Shown here piece after piece: positions 20,909 to 32,175 of a stretch of 64,000 nt of DNA; positions within the stretch are counted from its first letter, which is position 1; each line of letters opens with the position of its first letter. The position numbers and the translations under genes are program-made. The stretch comes from Polyangiaceae bacterium. Lineage in GTDB: Bacteria > Myxococcota_A > Polyangia > Polyangiales > Polyangiaceae. The stretch spans positions 192,001 to 256,000 of the forward strand of contig JANRKO010000023.1 of assembly GCA_033763455.1 (NCBI GenBank), read 5' to 3'. Under the pieces are notes generated by a model. It searched no databases. It was not told where the DNA came from and saw only the letters and a program-made list of their open reading frames with translations.

Positions 20909-22716
20909 GCACCAGCGCGCCCAGTCAACAAGACGAACTGCTTGGGCAGTTGGTCATGGGGCGCTACCGCATCGTGCGTCCGCTCGGGCGTGGCGGAATG
21001 GGCGTCGTATACTTGGCGCGGCTTGAGGGCGCGGCAGGCTTTTCAAGGCCAGTCGTGATCAAACGCATCGTGCCAGATCTAACGGGCGACACGACAATGT
21101 CGCAACTGTTCGTGCGCGAAGCGCGCATTTTATCCAATCTCCAACATGCAGGCATCGTTAGCGTGGTGGATTTTGGAGAGGAGAACCTCGCCTATGTGAT
21201 GGTGCTCGAATACGTGCATGGCTACAACTTGGGCCAATGGCACCGGTATGTCCGGCAAACCCGGGGCCAAATGCCCATTTTTCATGCCAATCACATCATC
21301 ATCAAGATGCTCGAAGCGCTGCACTTTGCGCACACGTATCGGCGTCCGGATGGCACCCAACTCAGAATCATTCACCGCGACGTTTCACCTTCGAACATCT
21401 TGCTGGATCTTCGCGGTGTGGTGAAGCTACACGATTTCGGTATTGCGCGCACCGAAGACGCCAACGAATTCAAGACCACCGACGGCACGTTCAAGGGCAA
21501 GCTCGCCTTCACTCCTCCGGAAGTTTTCTCCGGAGAGCCGGCCTCCCCTCAGAGCGATCTGTACGCTTGCGGGGTGGTCCTGTATCAGCTGCTCACCTCG
21601 CAGAACCCATTCCGTGCCAAGGAAATGGGTGAGACGGTGAGCAAGGTGCTCACATACACCCCGCCGCCAATTTCGGCCTACCGCGAAGAGGTACCAGATG
21701 GCCTCGATGAAATTGTGGCGCGTTCGCTCGCTAAGAAAAAGGAAGATCGGTTCGCCACAGCTGCCGAATTTGCCGATGCGTTGCGAGCGCTTTGCCCCCT
21801 AAAAGAAGAAGCTTTGATTGAGGAATTGGGCAAGTGTTTCGCGAAAGATTTCGCCGCAATGCCCGCAGCTATGCATGTGGATTCGCTCGAAGCTCGCGAT
21901 GGCGCGTGGCGCGAAGCCCAAGAGGTGCTTCCACCCTCCTCTCGTCTGCCGTTGAGCTCTTGGCCACCCAATTCAGGCGCCGAGCCTACCATCCAGGAAA
22001 GAACTGCACCCCACCGAGGCACCGCTACAACCGCGGCCCATCGCGGCTTGGCCACAACGGCCGCCACCGCTAACCTGAGTGCGGCCACGGCCCCGAACGC
22101 TGAGGTCGAAGGCCCCGGTCGGCGCGGCATGCCCAAGGTCATGCTGGCTGGAATCGGGGTCGCAGTGCTCATGGCCCTAGGCGCCCTGGTGGTGTCCCTC
22201 ACGCGGTCGCCAGAGCAGGAAAAACCGCGCTTTTTGCTGCTCGAAAAGACCCCAACAACGGACACTGCGACGCCTGCCGCCGCACCCTCCAGCACCCCCG
22301 CATCCCCAAGCGTCGAGACGCCACTCCCGAACACTTCCAACCCATTAGAAGCAAGCCCACCTTCAGCAACGAACACTGCACCAAGCCCCCCCAAGCCGCC
22401 CAAGTCCGATCCGAGCCAAAGCGGCAAACCCGACCCACGCCAGCTCTCACGCACGTTCGCCAGCCAACAGGGAAAGATCCAAGGCTGCTTTCGCCAGCAC
22501 GCGGCCAACGTAACAGGGCAGCCTCAGGTTAGCGTCAGGTTTCATGTGAGCACTGGCGGTCAAGTCACTCAGGCGGAGGTCATACCCGGCGGGTTAGCCA
22601 CCACCCCGCTCGGCCAGTGCATTCTAACAGTGGCTCAAGCCGTGAAGTTTGGCCCACAGAGCGAGTCGATTGTGTTTGCGATCCCCATTACTGCGCGCCG
22701 AGTAGACGCACCGTAG
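20905..22716 (+). CDS. Ser/Thr kinase with TM and AgmX/PglI-type (TonB-C-like) C-terminal domain
   Basis: GRGGMGVVY, HRDVSPSN, DFGIA. C-terminus IQGCFRQ...VSVRFHVSTGGQV...LGQCILTVAQAVKF. GTGA overlap with the FecR gene. Confidence 0.92.
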   Translation: MSTSAPSQQDELLGQLVMGRYRIVRPLGRGGMGVVYLARLEGAAGFSRPVVIKRIVPDLTGDTTMSQLFVREARILSNLQHAGIVSVVDFGEENLAYVMVLEYVHGYNLGQWHRYVRQTRGQMPIFHANHIIIKMLEALHFAHTYRRPDGTQLRIIHRDVSPSNILLDLRGVVKLHDFGIARTEDANEFKTTDGTFKGKLAFTPPEVFSGEPASPQSDLYACGVVLYQLLTSQNPFRAKEMGETVSKVLTYTPPPISAYREEVPDGLDEIVARSLAKKKEDRFATAAEFADALRALCPLKEEALIEELGKCFAKDFAAMPAAMHVDSLEARDGAWREAQEVLPPSSRLPLSSWPPNSGAEPTIQERTAPHRGTATTAAHRGLATTAATANLSAATAPNAEVEGPGRRGMPKVMLAGIGVAVLMALGALVVSLTRSPEQEKPRFLLLEKTPTTDTATPAAAPSSTPASPSVETPLPNTSNPLEASPPSATNTAPSPPKPPKSDPSQSGKPDPRQLSRTFASQQGKIQGCFRQHAANVTGQPQVSVRFHVSTGGQVTQAEVIPGGLATTPLGQCILTVAQAVKFGPQSESIVFAIPITARRVDAP

Positions 22717-22748
22717 AGTCGGTCTTGGCATTTCCGCGAGCCGCGGGC

Positions 22749-23834
22749 TCAGCCTTCGTGTTCCTGAGAGTCGCCGTTTTTCTTCGATCGTCTCTCCAGA
22801 TCGGGCACCACGCGCGCCACACGCTTGTGAACGAGCTCTCGCACAAGACGCCAAAGGCTCTTTTCGTCCCCGCATTCGGCCAATAATCCCAGCGGCACCT
22901 GAAAACCGCCCATATCTGCACGCCCGCCACCGTACGGCCGGCCATGTCCGTCATCACCAAAGGCATTGAGCATGAATGCGGCGGGGTCCACGCTGGCACT
23001 GCTGGTGCGGAGCGACCCATCGATGCGGTCGTCGACAATGCCGTAAACGAGCACGGTGTCGATATCTTCGCGACGCAGGATAAAATCTGCGGCGGTGGGG
23101 ATAGCATCCCTATTTACCGAAGAAACCCGCCCTACACCCGCTAGCGCAAAGTCGCGCACGACCTCCAAATCCTCAAGCGCTCTGCCCACTGCATCCATTG
23201 CCTCAGCAGACAGAGTGCGACGCCCAATGCGGCTCAGGGTTTCGTTGTCGCAGAATGGTTTAAGGTACGCAGCCGCGCGGTGATCCGCCGCCGTGGCGAA
23301 TCCAAAGTCGTCGGTATCTGTCTGGATCCCGAAAAACATGGCCGTAGCCACCGCGGAATCTTCGATACCGCCGTTCACCAAGGGAGCCAGGCCCGCTTCG
23401 GCATACTCCGAGTAGATCGTGCAGGTGGCACCAACATCGTGCCGAATATCCACGAAAGGGGCTTTGGGCACCGAGGTCGGCCGATGATGGTCCACCACGG
23501 TTAGCAGCTGGAGCCCGTCTGGGAGCTTGATCGATGCTTCACTGGCGCTCGCATCCACTAGGGAGAGGTAGCCAAACTCCTCAAGCTCCGAGCTATCCTG
23601 GATGCGCCGCATAGGAACGTTCAACAGCTTCACCAAAGCGCGATTCTCCGACCGTGAGATGGGCAATGTGTGAGCAATCGTGGCTGAAACGCCGAGGCGT
23701 TCACAAATGCGCCGGTGTGCCATCGCGGCCCCGATGGAGTCTGGATCTGGGTGGCCAGCCACCAAAATGATGAGCGGTTTGTCTGTGGCAGAAGCCAAAA
23801 CGCTCTCGAGTTCCTCGCGACGCTCGCGTCCCAT
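22749..23834 (-). CDS. DHH/DHHA1 phosphoesterase (NrnA-like)
   Basis: HPDPDSIG, VVDHH, GIQTDT and GGGR. Confidence 0.88.
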   Translation of the reverse strand: MGRERREELESVLASATDKPLIILVAGHPDPDSIGAAMAHRRICERLGVSATIAHTLPISRSENRALVKLLNVPMRRIQDSSELEEFGYLSLVDASASEASIKLPDGLQLLTVVDHHRPTSVPKAPFVDIRHDVGATCTIYSEYAEAGLAPLVNGGIEDSAVATAMFFGIQTDTDDFGFATAADHRAAAYLKPFCDNETLSRIGRRTLSAEAMDAVGRALEDLEVVRDFALAGVGRVSSVNRDAIPTAADFILRREDIDTVLVYGIVDDRIDGSLRTSSASVDPAAFMLNAFGDDGHGRPYGGGRADMGGFQVPLGLLAECGDEKSLWRLVRELVHKRVARVVPDLERRSKKNGDSQEHEG

Positions 23835-24131
23835 GGTCAACTTGCTTTCTCGCGTTGTGGCCTTAAAGCATGCGGTGTTTAGTGGCGCGGATCGGTAGCC
23901 CACATTCAGGGTTCATGGAAGCCTACGGTCTCTCCCCCGCGCCGGGTTAGGGTCGTGACCGCTGATGCAGTAGAGCTGCACAAGCGGAGTCATGCGGTTA
24001 TTGAGTGGGGATCGCGTAGAAGATTACGCATGCGACCGGAAAGCGGCTAGAGGGGTTAACGGGCGCTTTTAACCGAAAAACATCCTTGACGATTGGAGCC
24101 ACTCGGGGGAGGCTTCTGCCGCAACGTCACA

Positions 24132-24266
24132 ATGACCCAGGAAGTCGTTACAGAGCGAGATTCCTCACCGGCCTCAGTTTTGGCTGGCGTCTTGGGCGTG
24201 GCTTCTGTCGTGGTGGGTGTAGTGCCCGGCCTCCTCGTGCTTATTCGCACGGGTGCGGCGGCCTGA
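24132..24266 (+). CDS. ilv/leu operon leader peptide, 44 aa (not in the ORF track)
   Basis: MTQEVVTERDSSPASVLAGVLGVASVVVGVVPGLLVLIRTGAAA contains 11 Val, 5 Leu and 1 Ile. Immediately precedes a terminator and ilvB. Confidence 0.85.
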   Translation: MTQEVVTERDSSPASVLAGVLGVASVVVGVVPGLLVLIRTGAAA

Positions 24267-24302
24267 CTGAACTCCCCCTTCAGCTCCTAGCCCCCGCACC
24301 CG
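24250..24302 (+). promoter_or_regulatory. Antiterminator of the ilv attenuator
   Basis: CGGGTGCGG (24250-24258) is the exact reverse complement of CCGCACCCG (24294-24302), which overlaps the terminator 5' arm. Confidence 0.8.
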
Positions 24303-24323
24303 AAACGGAGCGGGGGCTTTTTT
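24289..24323 (+). terminator. Intrinsic terminator (attenuator)
   Basis: AGCCCCCGC-ACC-CGAAAC-GGA-GCGGGGGCT, ending in a run of 6 T (24318-24323). Confidence 0.9.
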
Positions 24324-24391
24324 GATTTGTACATGTTTTCCCAGGCACCAAAAGTGTTACACGCACCCACAAAGCACCAGGAGACCCAAGC

Positions 24392-26182
24392 ATGGCAGCT
24401 CCCATGAAAGATCTGACAGAAGCGAATTTCGCACGCGGCATTGCTCGTGAACCACGCGAGCTCACGGGGTCGCAGATCCTTTGGGAGACCTTAGTGCACG
24501 AAGGTGTCGATGTTGTGTTCGGGTATCCGGGCGGCGCCATCATGCCCGCGTACGACGCGCTGCCAGAATATCCAATCCACCATGTGTTGGTGCGCCACGA
24601 GCAGGGCGCAGCGCACATGGCGGACGGCTACGCCCGAGCATCCGGCAAGGTTGGCGTGTGCATAGCGACCTCAGGCCCTGGTGCTACCAACCTAGTCACC
24701 GGTATCGCCACGGCCATGATGGACTCGATTCCTATGGTGGCCATCACCGGCCAAGTTCCGTCTAGCGTGATTGGGAGTGACGCCTTCCAAGAAACCGACA
24801 TCACCGGCGTCACCTTGCCCATTACGAAGCACACGCTCATGGCTTCGCGCCCCGAAGAGATCATGCCGATCTTGCGCCAAGCCTTCTACATCGCAAGCTC
24901 CGGTAGGCCGGGACCTGTGTTGGTGGACATTACCAAAGACGCTCAGCAGAAAAAATGCCTCTACTCGTATGATTCTTCTCCCATTCGGTTGCCAGGTTAT
25001 CGACCGGTGGTGCACCCGCTGGAGAAAGACCTGCAGCGCGCCCTCGAAATGATTCGAGGGGCAGAGCGGCCTATTATTTTCACCGGCCACGGCGTGATGC
25101 GCGCCAACGCTACCGGAGCGCTGCTCGAATTCGTAAAGAAGACGGGAATACCTGTCGCTTCCACACTGCTCGGCTTAGGGGGCTTTCCGGCAACACACCC
25201 CAAAAACCTTGGCATGATGGGCATGCACGGCGAAGCCTGGGTGAACCGCGCTATCCAGGAATCCGACCTCATCATCGCCATTGGAATGCGCTTTGACGAC
25301 CGGGTAACCGGGAATCTGAAGACGTACGCGCCGCTCGCAAAGAAAATCCACATCGAGCTCGATCCTGCGGAAATCAACAAGAACGTTAAGGTGGATCTGG
25401 CGCTCCTCGGAGATGCCCGCGAAATACTCAGCCTTCTCATTCCGCACGCTCGGCCGTGCAGCATTGATCCATGGGTGAAGCATATTGATGATCTCAAAGG
25501 AGAATCGTCGGTGTTGGAGATCCAGCACATGCCGGATAATGGCCAGCTGTATGCGGCCCACGTGATCTTTGACCTTTGGAAAATCACCCAGGGCAAAGCA
25601 CTTGTGGTGACGGACGTTGGACAACACCAAATGTGGGAGGCGCAGTATTACAAGCACGATTACCCGCGTCGCCTCATCACCTCGGGCGGCCTCGGCACCA
25701 TGGGCTTTGCGCTTCCAGCCGCCGTCGGTGCCAAATTCGCCTGCCCCAAAGAAGAAGTGTGGGTGATAGCTGGAGACGGCGGGTTTCAGATGACGGCCGC
25801 TGAGCTATCCACGATTGCCCAGGAAAACATCAAGCTCAACATCGCTGTTATCAATAACGGGTATCTCGGCATGGTGCGCCAATGGCAGGAGTTCTTTTAT
25901 AACAAGCGCTACGTCGCCACGCCCATCAAGAGCCCGGATTTTGTGAAGCTGGCCGAAGCTCACGATCTGGTCGGCCTCCGCGCCACGACTAGAAAAGAGG
26001 CTGGAATGGTTATCGAAGAAGCCCGCGCGAACGAACGCACCGTTGTTATCGATTTCCGTGTCGCCCAGGAAGATTCGGTGTACCCGATGGTGCCTAGCGG
26101 CGCGGACCTCGGGGAAATGATCCGACGCCCGGCCTGGCAAGGCAGTCACAACCCGATTTACGAGACGGGAGAGGACCAATGA
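24392..26182 (+). CDS. ilvB: Acetolactate synthase large subunit
   Basis: FGYPGGA, RHEQGA, TSGPGATN, GQHQMW and GDGGFQM. Confidence 0.97.
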   Translation: MAAPMKDLTEANFARGIAREPRELTGSQILWETLVHEGVDVVFGYPGGAIMPAYDALPEYPIHHVLVRHEQGAAHMADGYARASGKVGVCIATSGPGATNLVTGIATAMMDSIPMVAITGQVPSSVIGSDAFQETDITGVTLPITKHTLMASRPEEIMPILRQAFYIASSGRPGPVLVDITKDAQQKKCLYSYDSSPIRLPGYRPVVHPLEKDLQRALEMIRGAERPIIFTGHGVMRANATGALLEFVKKTGIPVASTLLGLGGFPATHPKNLGMMGMHGEAWVNRAIQESDLIIAIGMRFDDRVTGNLKTYAPLAKKIHIELDPAEINKNVKVDLALLGDAREILSLLIPHARPCSIDPWVKHIDDLKGESSVLEIQHMPDNGQLYAAHVIFDLWKITQGKALVVTDVGQHQMWEAQYYKHDYPRRLITSGGLGTMGFALPAAVGAKFACPKEEVWVIAGDGGFQMTAAELSTIAQENIKLNIAVINNGYLGMVRQWQEFFYNKRYVATPIKSPDFVKLAEAHDLVGLRATTRKEAGMVIEEARANERTVVIDFRVAQEDSVYPMVPSGADLGEMIRRPAWQGSHNPIYETGEDQ

Positions 26183-26739
26183 CGATGTCTTCTGAAGAAA
26201 GCCTCCGAACCTTCATCGCGTACGTCGAAGACCGCCCTGGCGTCTTGAACCGCATCGCCTCTCTATTTCGGCGCCGCAACTACAACATCGTCTCGCTCAA
26301 CGTGGGCCGCACCCACGAGCCCGGTGTTTCCAGAATGACCTTCAGTGTTGAGGCCGACGCCGACATGGCGCATCGCATCGAGGCTAACCTCTACAAGCTC
26401 GTGAACGTGTTGAGCGTTGAGGACATCACCGACACACCGCGCGTGAGTCGAGATCTCGCGTTGATCAAGGTGAATGTCGGGCCCGATAGGCGCGCCGAAG
26501 TTCTGCAGCTGTGCGAGGTCTTCCGCGCGCGAGCGGTAGATGTGGGGCCGAAGACGCTGATCGTTGAGATCACCGGAGCCCAAGAAAAGATCGATGGCCT
26601 TGTGGCAGTGCTAGCCCCCTTCGGTATCGCCGAAATGGTGGAAACCGGCCGCGTTGCCATGACACGTGGCCCCATAGGTGCAGCAGCTGAAGCTGCTCGC
26701 CGTTCCCGAGATGAGTCCCGCACAATATTTGCGGCCTGA
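26179..26739 (+). CDS. ilvN: Acetolactate synthase small subunit
   Basis: ACT domain VEDRPGVLNRIASLFRRRNYNI; ATGA overlap with ilvB. Confidence 0.95.
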   Translation: MTMSSEESLRTFIAYVEDRPGVLNRIASLFRRRNYNIVSLNVGRTHEPGVSRMTFSVEADADMAHRIEANLYKLVNVLSVEDITDTPRVSRDLALIKVNVGPDRRAEVLQLCEVFRARAVDVGPKTLIVEITGAQEKIDGLVAVLAPFGIAEMVETGRVAMTRGPIGAAAEAARRSRDESRTIFAA

Positions 26740-27780
<1,041 letters not shown>

Positions 27781-27783
27781 TTT

Positions 27784-29463
27784 ATGTCCACAGCCGATCG
27801 GGGGCCTCGCCGAGGTCCAGATTACGTCCGCATTTTCGACACCACCCTGCGCGACGGGGAGCAATCCCCAGGTGCGACGCTTACCTCTGACGAAAAGCTT
27901 GAGGTAGCGCGCGCACTTTCACGCCTCGGTGTCGATGTGATTGAGGCAGGCTTTCCCGCCGCCTCCCCGGACGATCTCGGCGCCGTTTCGCAAATTGCGA
28001 AAACGGTCGGTGCGGAGCCCGTGCTTGGGCGCCCCTCCACCGAGCCCCCGATCATCTGTGCCCTCGCCCGTGCCACGGAAAAGGATATTGATAAGGCCGC
28101 AGAGGGCGTTTCTGCCGCCAAATGGCCTCGAATCCACCTTTTTCTGGCTACCTCGCCTATTCACCGCGAGCACAAGCTGCGCATGACGCAGGCTCAGGTT
28201 CTCGACAAAACTCGTAAGATGGTCGCGTACGCTAAAGCTCGCTGCGCGGACGTTGAGTTCAGCCCTGAAGATGCAGGGCGCACCGAGCCTGAGTTTCTGT
28301 ACGAGGTGCTCACTGCCGCCATCGAAGCGGGCGCTACCACGCTCAATATTCCAGACACGGTGGGCTACACCGTTCCCGAAGAATTCGGCGCGCTCATCGC
28401 AGGCATCATGGCCAATGTGAAGGGCATCGAGAATGTCATCGTCTCAGTGCATTGCCACAATGATCTCGGCCTCGCCGTCGCGAACAGCCTCGCCGGGATC
28501 TCAGCCGGAGCACGCCAAGCGGAGGTTACGATCAACGGTATTGGCGAACGCGCCGGCAACACCGCTCTCGAAGAAGTGGTGATGACCCTCCAGACGCGCC
28601 ACCCTCGCTTCAAGCTGACCACCGGTATTGATACCACCCAACTCACCCGCACGAGCCGCCTGGTGAGCACGCGCACCGGCATTGTTGTTCAGCCCAACAA
28701 GGCGATTGTGGGTGCCAACGCGTTTGCTCATGAATCCGGCATCCACCAAGATGGCATGCTCAAGCACGAGGAAACCTACGAAATTATGCGCCCCGAGGCC
28801 GTCGGTGCCAGCAAGACACTCTTGGTGCTCGGCAAACACTCAGGAAGGCACGGGTTCGCGGTGCGGTTGAAAGAGCTGGGCTTCCCCTTGGAGGGTGAGC
28901 CGCTCGACAAGGCTTTTGAACGCTTCAAGGTACTCGCTGATAAGAAGAAGCGCATTACCGATGCGGACTTGGAGGCGCTCGCCGCTTCCGAGATGGGACG
29001 AGGTCAGGAGCGTTTCTCGCTTTTGGGATTGCAGGTAACCTGTGGCAACCCTGGAATGGCCACGGCTACCGTTCGCATTCAGGGGCCGGACGGCACCGTG
29101 CACACACAAGCGGCAGTGGGTACCGGGCCCGTGCATGCGGCATTCGTCGCGATTGACCTTGTGGTTCAAGCCCCCGCAGAGTTGCTTGAGTATTCGATCA
29201 ACGCCGTTACCGAAGGTATTGATGCACTTGGGGAAGCTGGTGTGCGAGTGCGCGCTGGAGCTCCTGGTACGGTGAATCCCCAACATGGGCACGGGCACCC
29301 TTCGGTGGTTCACGGGCACGCCGCAGACGGCGATGTGCTCATGGCGAGCGCCAAAGCCTACCTTTCCGCGCTCAACCGCGTGCTCGCCATTGCGGCGGAC
29401 CACATGGCGCAGGCTCCGGATTCATCGGGTCGGCGTGAGCAGCCCACCGGCACATCGGATTGA
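27784..29463 (+). CDS. leuA: 2-isopropylmalate synthase
   Basis: [28 protein letters not shown] and HESGIHQDG. Confidence 0.95.
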   Translation: MSTADRGPRRGPDYVRIFDTTLRDGEQSPGATLTSDEKLEVARALSRLGVDVIEAGFPAASPDDLGAVSQIAKTVGAEPVLGRPSTEPPIICALARATEKDIDKAAEGVSAAKWPRIHLFLATSPIHREHKLRMTQAQVLDKTRKMVAYAKARCADVEFSPEDAGRTEPEFLYEVLTAAIEAGATTLNIPDTVGYTVPEEFGALIAGIMANVKGIENVIVSVHCHNDLGLAVANSLAGISAGARQAEVTINGIGERAGNTALEEVVMTLQTRHPRFKLTTGIDTTQLTRTSRLVSTRTGIVVQPNKAIVGANAFAHESGIHQDGMLKHEETYEIMRPEAVGASKTLLVLGKHSGRHGFAVRLKELGFPLEGEPLDKAFERFKVLADKKKRITDADLEALAASEMGRGQERFSLLGLQVTCGNPGMATATVRIQGPDGTVHTQAAVGTGPVHAAFVAIDLVVQAPAELLEYSINAVTEGIDALGEAGVRVRAGAPGTVNPQHGHGHPSVVHGHAADGDVLMASAKAYLSALNRVLAIAADHMAQAPDSSGRREQPTGTSD

Positions 29464-29470
29464 CGGCGCC

Positions 29471-31105
29471 ATGCCAGCCCAGCCCGTTAAGATCTACGAC
29501 ACGACCCTGCGCGACGGCACCCAGCGCGAGGGCATCTCGTATACCGTGCTCGACAAGCTTCGAATCGCTAAGCGCTTGGATGCCTTTGGCGTCTCTTACA
29601 TTGAAGGCGGCTGGCCGGGCTCCAATCCGCGAGACGCGGAATTTTTTCAACGCGCCCGCGAGGAAAGCTTCAGCCACGCCAAGCTCACCGCCTTTGGCAT
29701 GACACGGCGCGCGGCGAACGCACCCGAAAATGACCCCAATCTTCTCGCATTGCTCGAAGCCGGGAGCCCCGTGTGCACCCTCTTTGGCAAGAGCTGGACG
29801 CTTCACGTCACCGAAGTTCTACGAACATCGCTCGACCAGAATCTGGTGATGATCGAAGATTCGGTGAATTTTCTGAAAACTTCGGGGCGTGAAGTTATCT
29901 ACGATGCCGAGCATTTCTTCGATGGCTACGCGGCCGATCCAGCCTACGCGCTCGAAACGCTCAAAGCTGCGGCTCGCGGCGGAGCAACCTGCCTCGTGCT
30001 GTGCGATACAAATGGCGGCACGCTACCGTGGCGCATCGAAGAGGTAGTGCGCACGGTTGTCGGTGAGTTCCAAGTGGCCATCGGCATCCACGCGCACAAC
30101 GACACGGGCTGTGGCGTTGCCAACAGCCTGGCTGCCGTGCGTGCGGGAGCCTCCCAGGTTCAAGGCACCATCAACGGCTACGGCGAACGCTGCGGCAATG
30201 CCAACCTCACGAGCATCATTGCCAACCTCGAACTCAAGCTTGGCATATCGTGCATCCCCGCCGGGAAAGTCCGCGAATTGAACGATCTCTCGCGTTTCGT
30301 CGCCGACGTTGCCAACCTCGCCTTCGACGAACACGCTCCCTACGTTGGGTACAGCGCGTTTGCCCACAAAGGAGGCGTACACGTGGCCGCCATGCGTCGC
30401 CACGCCGACAGCTACCAGCACATTCAGCCGGAGCTCGTGGGCAACAGCATGCGCGTCGTCGTAAGTGAGCTTTCCGGCAAAGGGAACATTCTGAGCAAAG
30501 CTGAAGAGCTCGGTGTTCAAGTAAGAGATGGCGGAGAATCCGAAGCGCTCCAGGAGATCAAAGAAGCAGAAGCTCGCGGGCTGTCTTTCGAAAGCGCTGA
30601 AGCCTCACTCTCACTCCTCTTAAAGCGCCGCGAAGCTGACTATCGACCGTTGTTTTCGGTGCTCGACTACCACGTGATGGTGGGTCGACGTGAAAGCTCG
30701 CCGGAGATCTTTGCCGAAGCCACTGTGAAGGTTCGCGTAAAGGGGAACGTGGTTCACACGGCTGGCGCTGGGAATGGACCCGTGAGCGCACTTTCGGACG
30801 CTCTGTTGAAAGCACTAACGCCCGTATTCCCCGAGGTCTCAGAGGTCCACCTAGCGGACTACAAGGTGCGGATCCTCGATAGCAACGCCGGCACCGAAGC
30901 TATCACGCGCGTCCTCATCGACAGCCGCGATGCCCGGGGCGGATTCAGCACCGTGGGAGCCTCCCCGAACATTATCGACGCCTCTTTAGGAGCACTGGTA
31001 GACAGCCTAGAGTTTTACTTACTAAGAAACGCCCCCAGCGCCGAGAGCTCTGCTTTCTCGGCCAGCCCCGCCCGCACACACACACAAGAACTGGAAGCAC
31101 CATGA
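29471..31105 (+). CDS. cimA: Citramalate synthase
   Basis: YDTTLRDGTQREG, YIEGGWPGSNP, DAEHFFDG and AHKGGVH. The likely start is ATG 29471, not the track's 29285. Confidence 0.9.
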   Translation: MPAQPVKIYDTTLRDGTQREGISYTVLDKLRIAKRLDAFGVSYIEGGWPGSNPRDAEFFQRAREESFSHAKLTAFGMTRRAANAPENDPNLLALLEAGSPVCTLFGKSWTLHVTEVLRTSLDQNLVMIEDSVNFLKTSGREVIYDAEHFFDGYAADPAYALETLKAAARGGATCLVLCDTNGGTLPWRIEEVVRTVVGEFQVAIGIHAHNDTGCGVANSLAAVRAGASQVQGTINGYGERCGNANLTSIIANLELKLGISCIPAGKVRELNDLSRFVADVANLAFDEHAPYVGYSAFAHKGGVHVAAMRRHADSYQHIQPELVGNSMRVVVSELSGKGNILSKAEELGVQVRDGGESEALQEIKEAEARGLSFESAEASLSLLLKRREADYRPLFSVLDYHVMVGRRESSPEIFAEATVKVRVKGNVVHTAGAGNGPVSALSDALLKALTPVFPEVSEVHLADYKVRILDSNAGTEAITRVLIDSRDARGGFSTVGASPNIIDASLGALVDSLEFYLLRNAPSAESSAFSASPARTHTQELEAP

Positions 31106-32172
31106 AAGCCAAAATTGTACTTCTGCCAGGAGATGGCATCGGTCCAGAAATCGTCGACCAAACGCGGCAGGTGCTAGAAGCTGTCGCCTCGAAGTACAAC
31201 CACCAGTTCTCTTTTGAATCGCACCTCATTGGGGGCATTGCAATCGACGAAATCAAAGAGCCTTTGGCTGATTCTACGGTCGACGCGTGCAAAGCCGCCG
31301 ATGCCGTATTGCTCGGAGCGGTCGGTGGCCCCAAGTGGGATGCGCCCGATGCCAAAGTGCGCCCCGAGCAAGGGCTCTTGAAGATCCGCCGAGGTCTTGG
31401 CCTTTATGCCAACGTCCGCCCCGTCAAAAGTTACCCGGAGCTCATCTCGGCTTCGCCACTTAAGGCAGATAGGGTGAACAACGTGGACCTCGTCGTGCTC
31501 CGCGAGCTCACGGGCGGTCTCTACTTCGGCAAACCCCAGTTTCGCGAGCAAACCCCCACAGGGTGGCGCGCCGTCGACACGATGGAATACAGCGAGCACG
31601 AGATCCGCCGCATTCTAAAGCTCGGCTTTCAGCTGGCCCGCGGCCGCTCACGAAGGCTCACCAGCATCGATAAGGCGAATGTCTTAGAATCATCACGGCT
31701 CTGGCGTCAGATTGCGATCGAGCTCGGCAAGGAAAACCCGGACATTGCGCTCGAACACCAGTTGGTGGATTCAGCTGCGATGCGCCTGGTTACGAATCCT
31801 TCCGCTTTCGACGTTCTGGTGACCGAAAATATGTTCGGCGATATCCTTTCGGACGAAGCCGCCGTGCTTACGGGCTCTTTGGGAATGTTGCCCAGCGCTT
31901 CGCTTGGCGAAGGCAAGCTCGGTCTGTTCGAGCCAATTCACGGGTCCGCACCGGATATCGCAGGCAAAGGCATCGCGAACCCGCTGGGCACAATTCTGAG
32001 CGCAGCCTTGCTGCTCCGCTACAGCCTGAGCCTAGAGGCTGAAGCCTTGGCGATTGAAAATGCCGTACAAGCAGCCTTAAAGAGTGGCATTCGCACTCCG
32101 GATCTTGCTGGTAGCGGTGAACCTGTGTCCACCAGCGCCATGGGTCAAGCCGTTCTCTCACGTCTCGGCTAA
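31102..32172 (+). CDS. leuB: 3-isopropylmalate dehydrogenase
   Basis: LPGDGIGPE, RELTGGLYFG, NMFGDILSD and EPIHGSAPDIAG. Confidence 0.97.
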   Translation: MKAKIVLLPGDGIGPEIVDQTRQVLEAVASKYNHQFSFESHLIGGIAIDEIKEPLADSTVDACKAADAVLLGAVGGPKWDAPDAKVRPEQGLLKIRRGLGLYANVRPVKSYPELISASPLKADRVNNVDLVVLRELTGGLYFGKPQFREQTPTGWRAVDTMEYSEHEIRRILKLGFQLARGRSRRLTSIDKANVLESSRLWRQIAIELGKENPDIALEHQLVDSAAMRLVTNPSAFDVLVTENMFGDILSDEAAVLTGSLGMLPSASLGEGKLGLFEPIHGSAPDIAGKGIANPLGTILSAALLLRYSLSLEAEALAIENAVQAALKSGIRTPDLAGSGEPVSTSAMGQAVLSRLG

Positions 32173-32175
32173 CTC

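Noticed and set aside
24086..24325. 79-aa track ORF upstream of ilvB
   Set aside because: It is in a different frame from the Val/Leu-rich leader and reads through the terminator; the leader at 24132-24266 explains the region.
29285..29470. N-terminal extension of cimA, or a leuA-cimA frameshift fusion
   Set aside because: Homology starts at ATG 29471, leuA is complete with its own stop, and I saw no slippery site.
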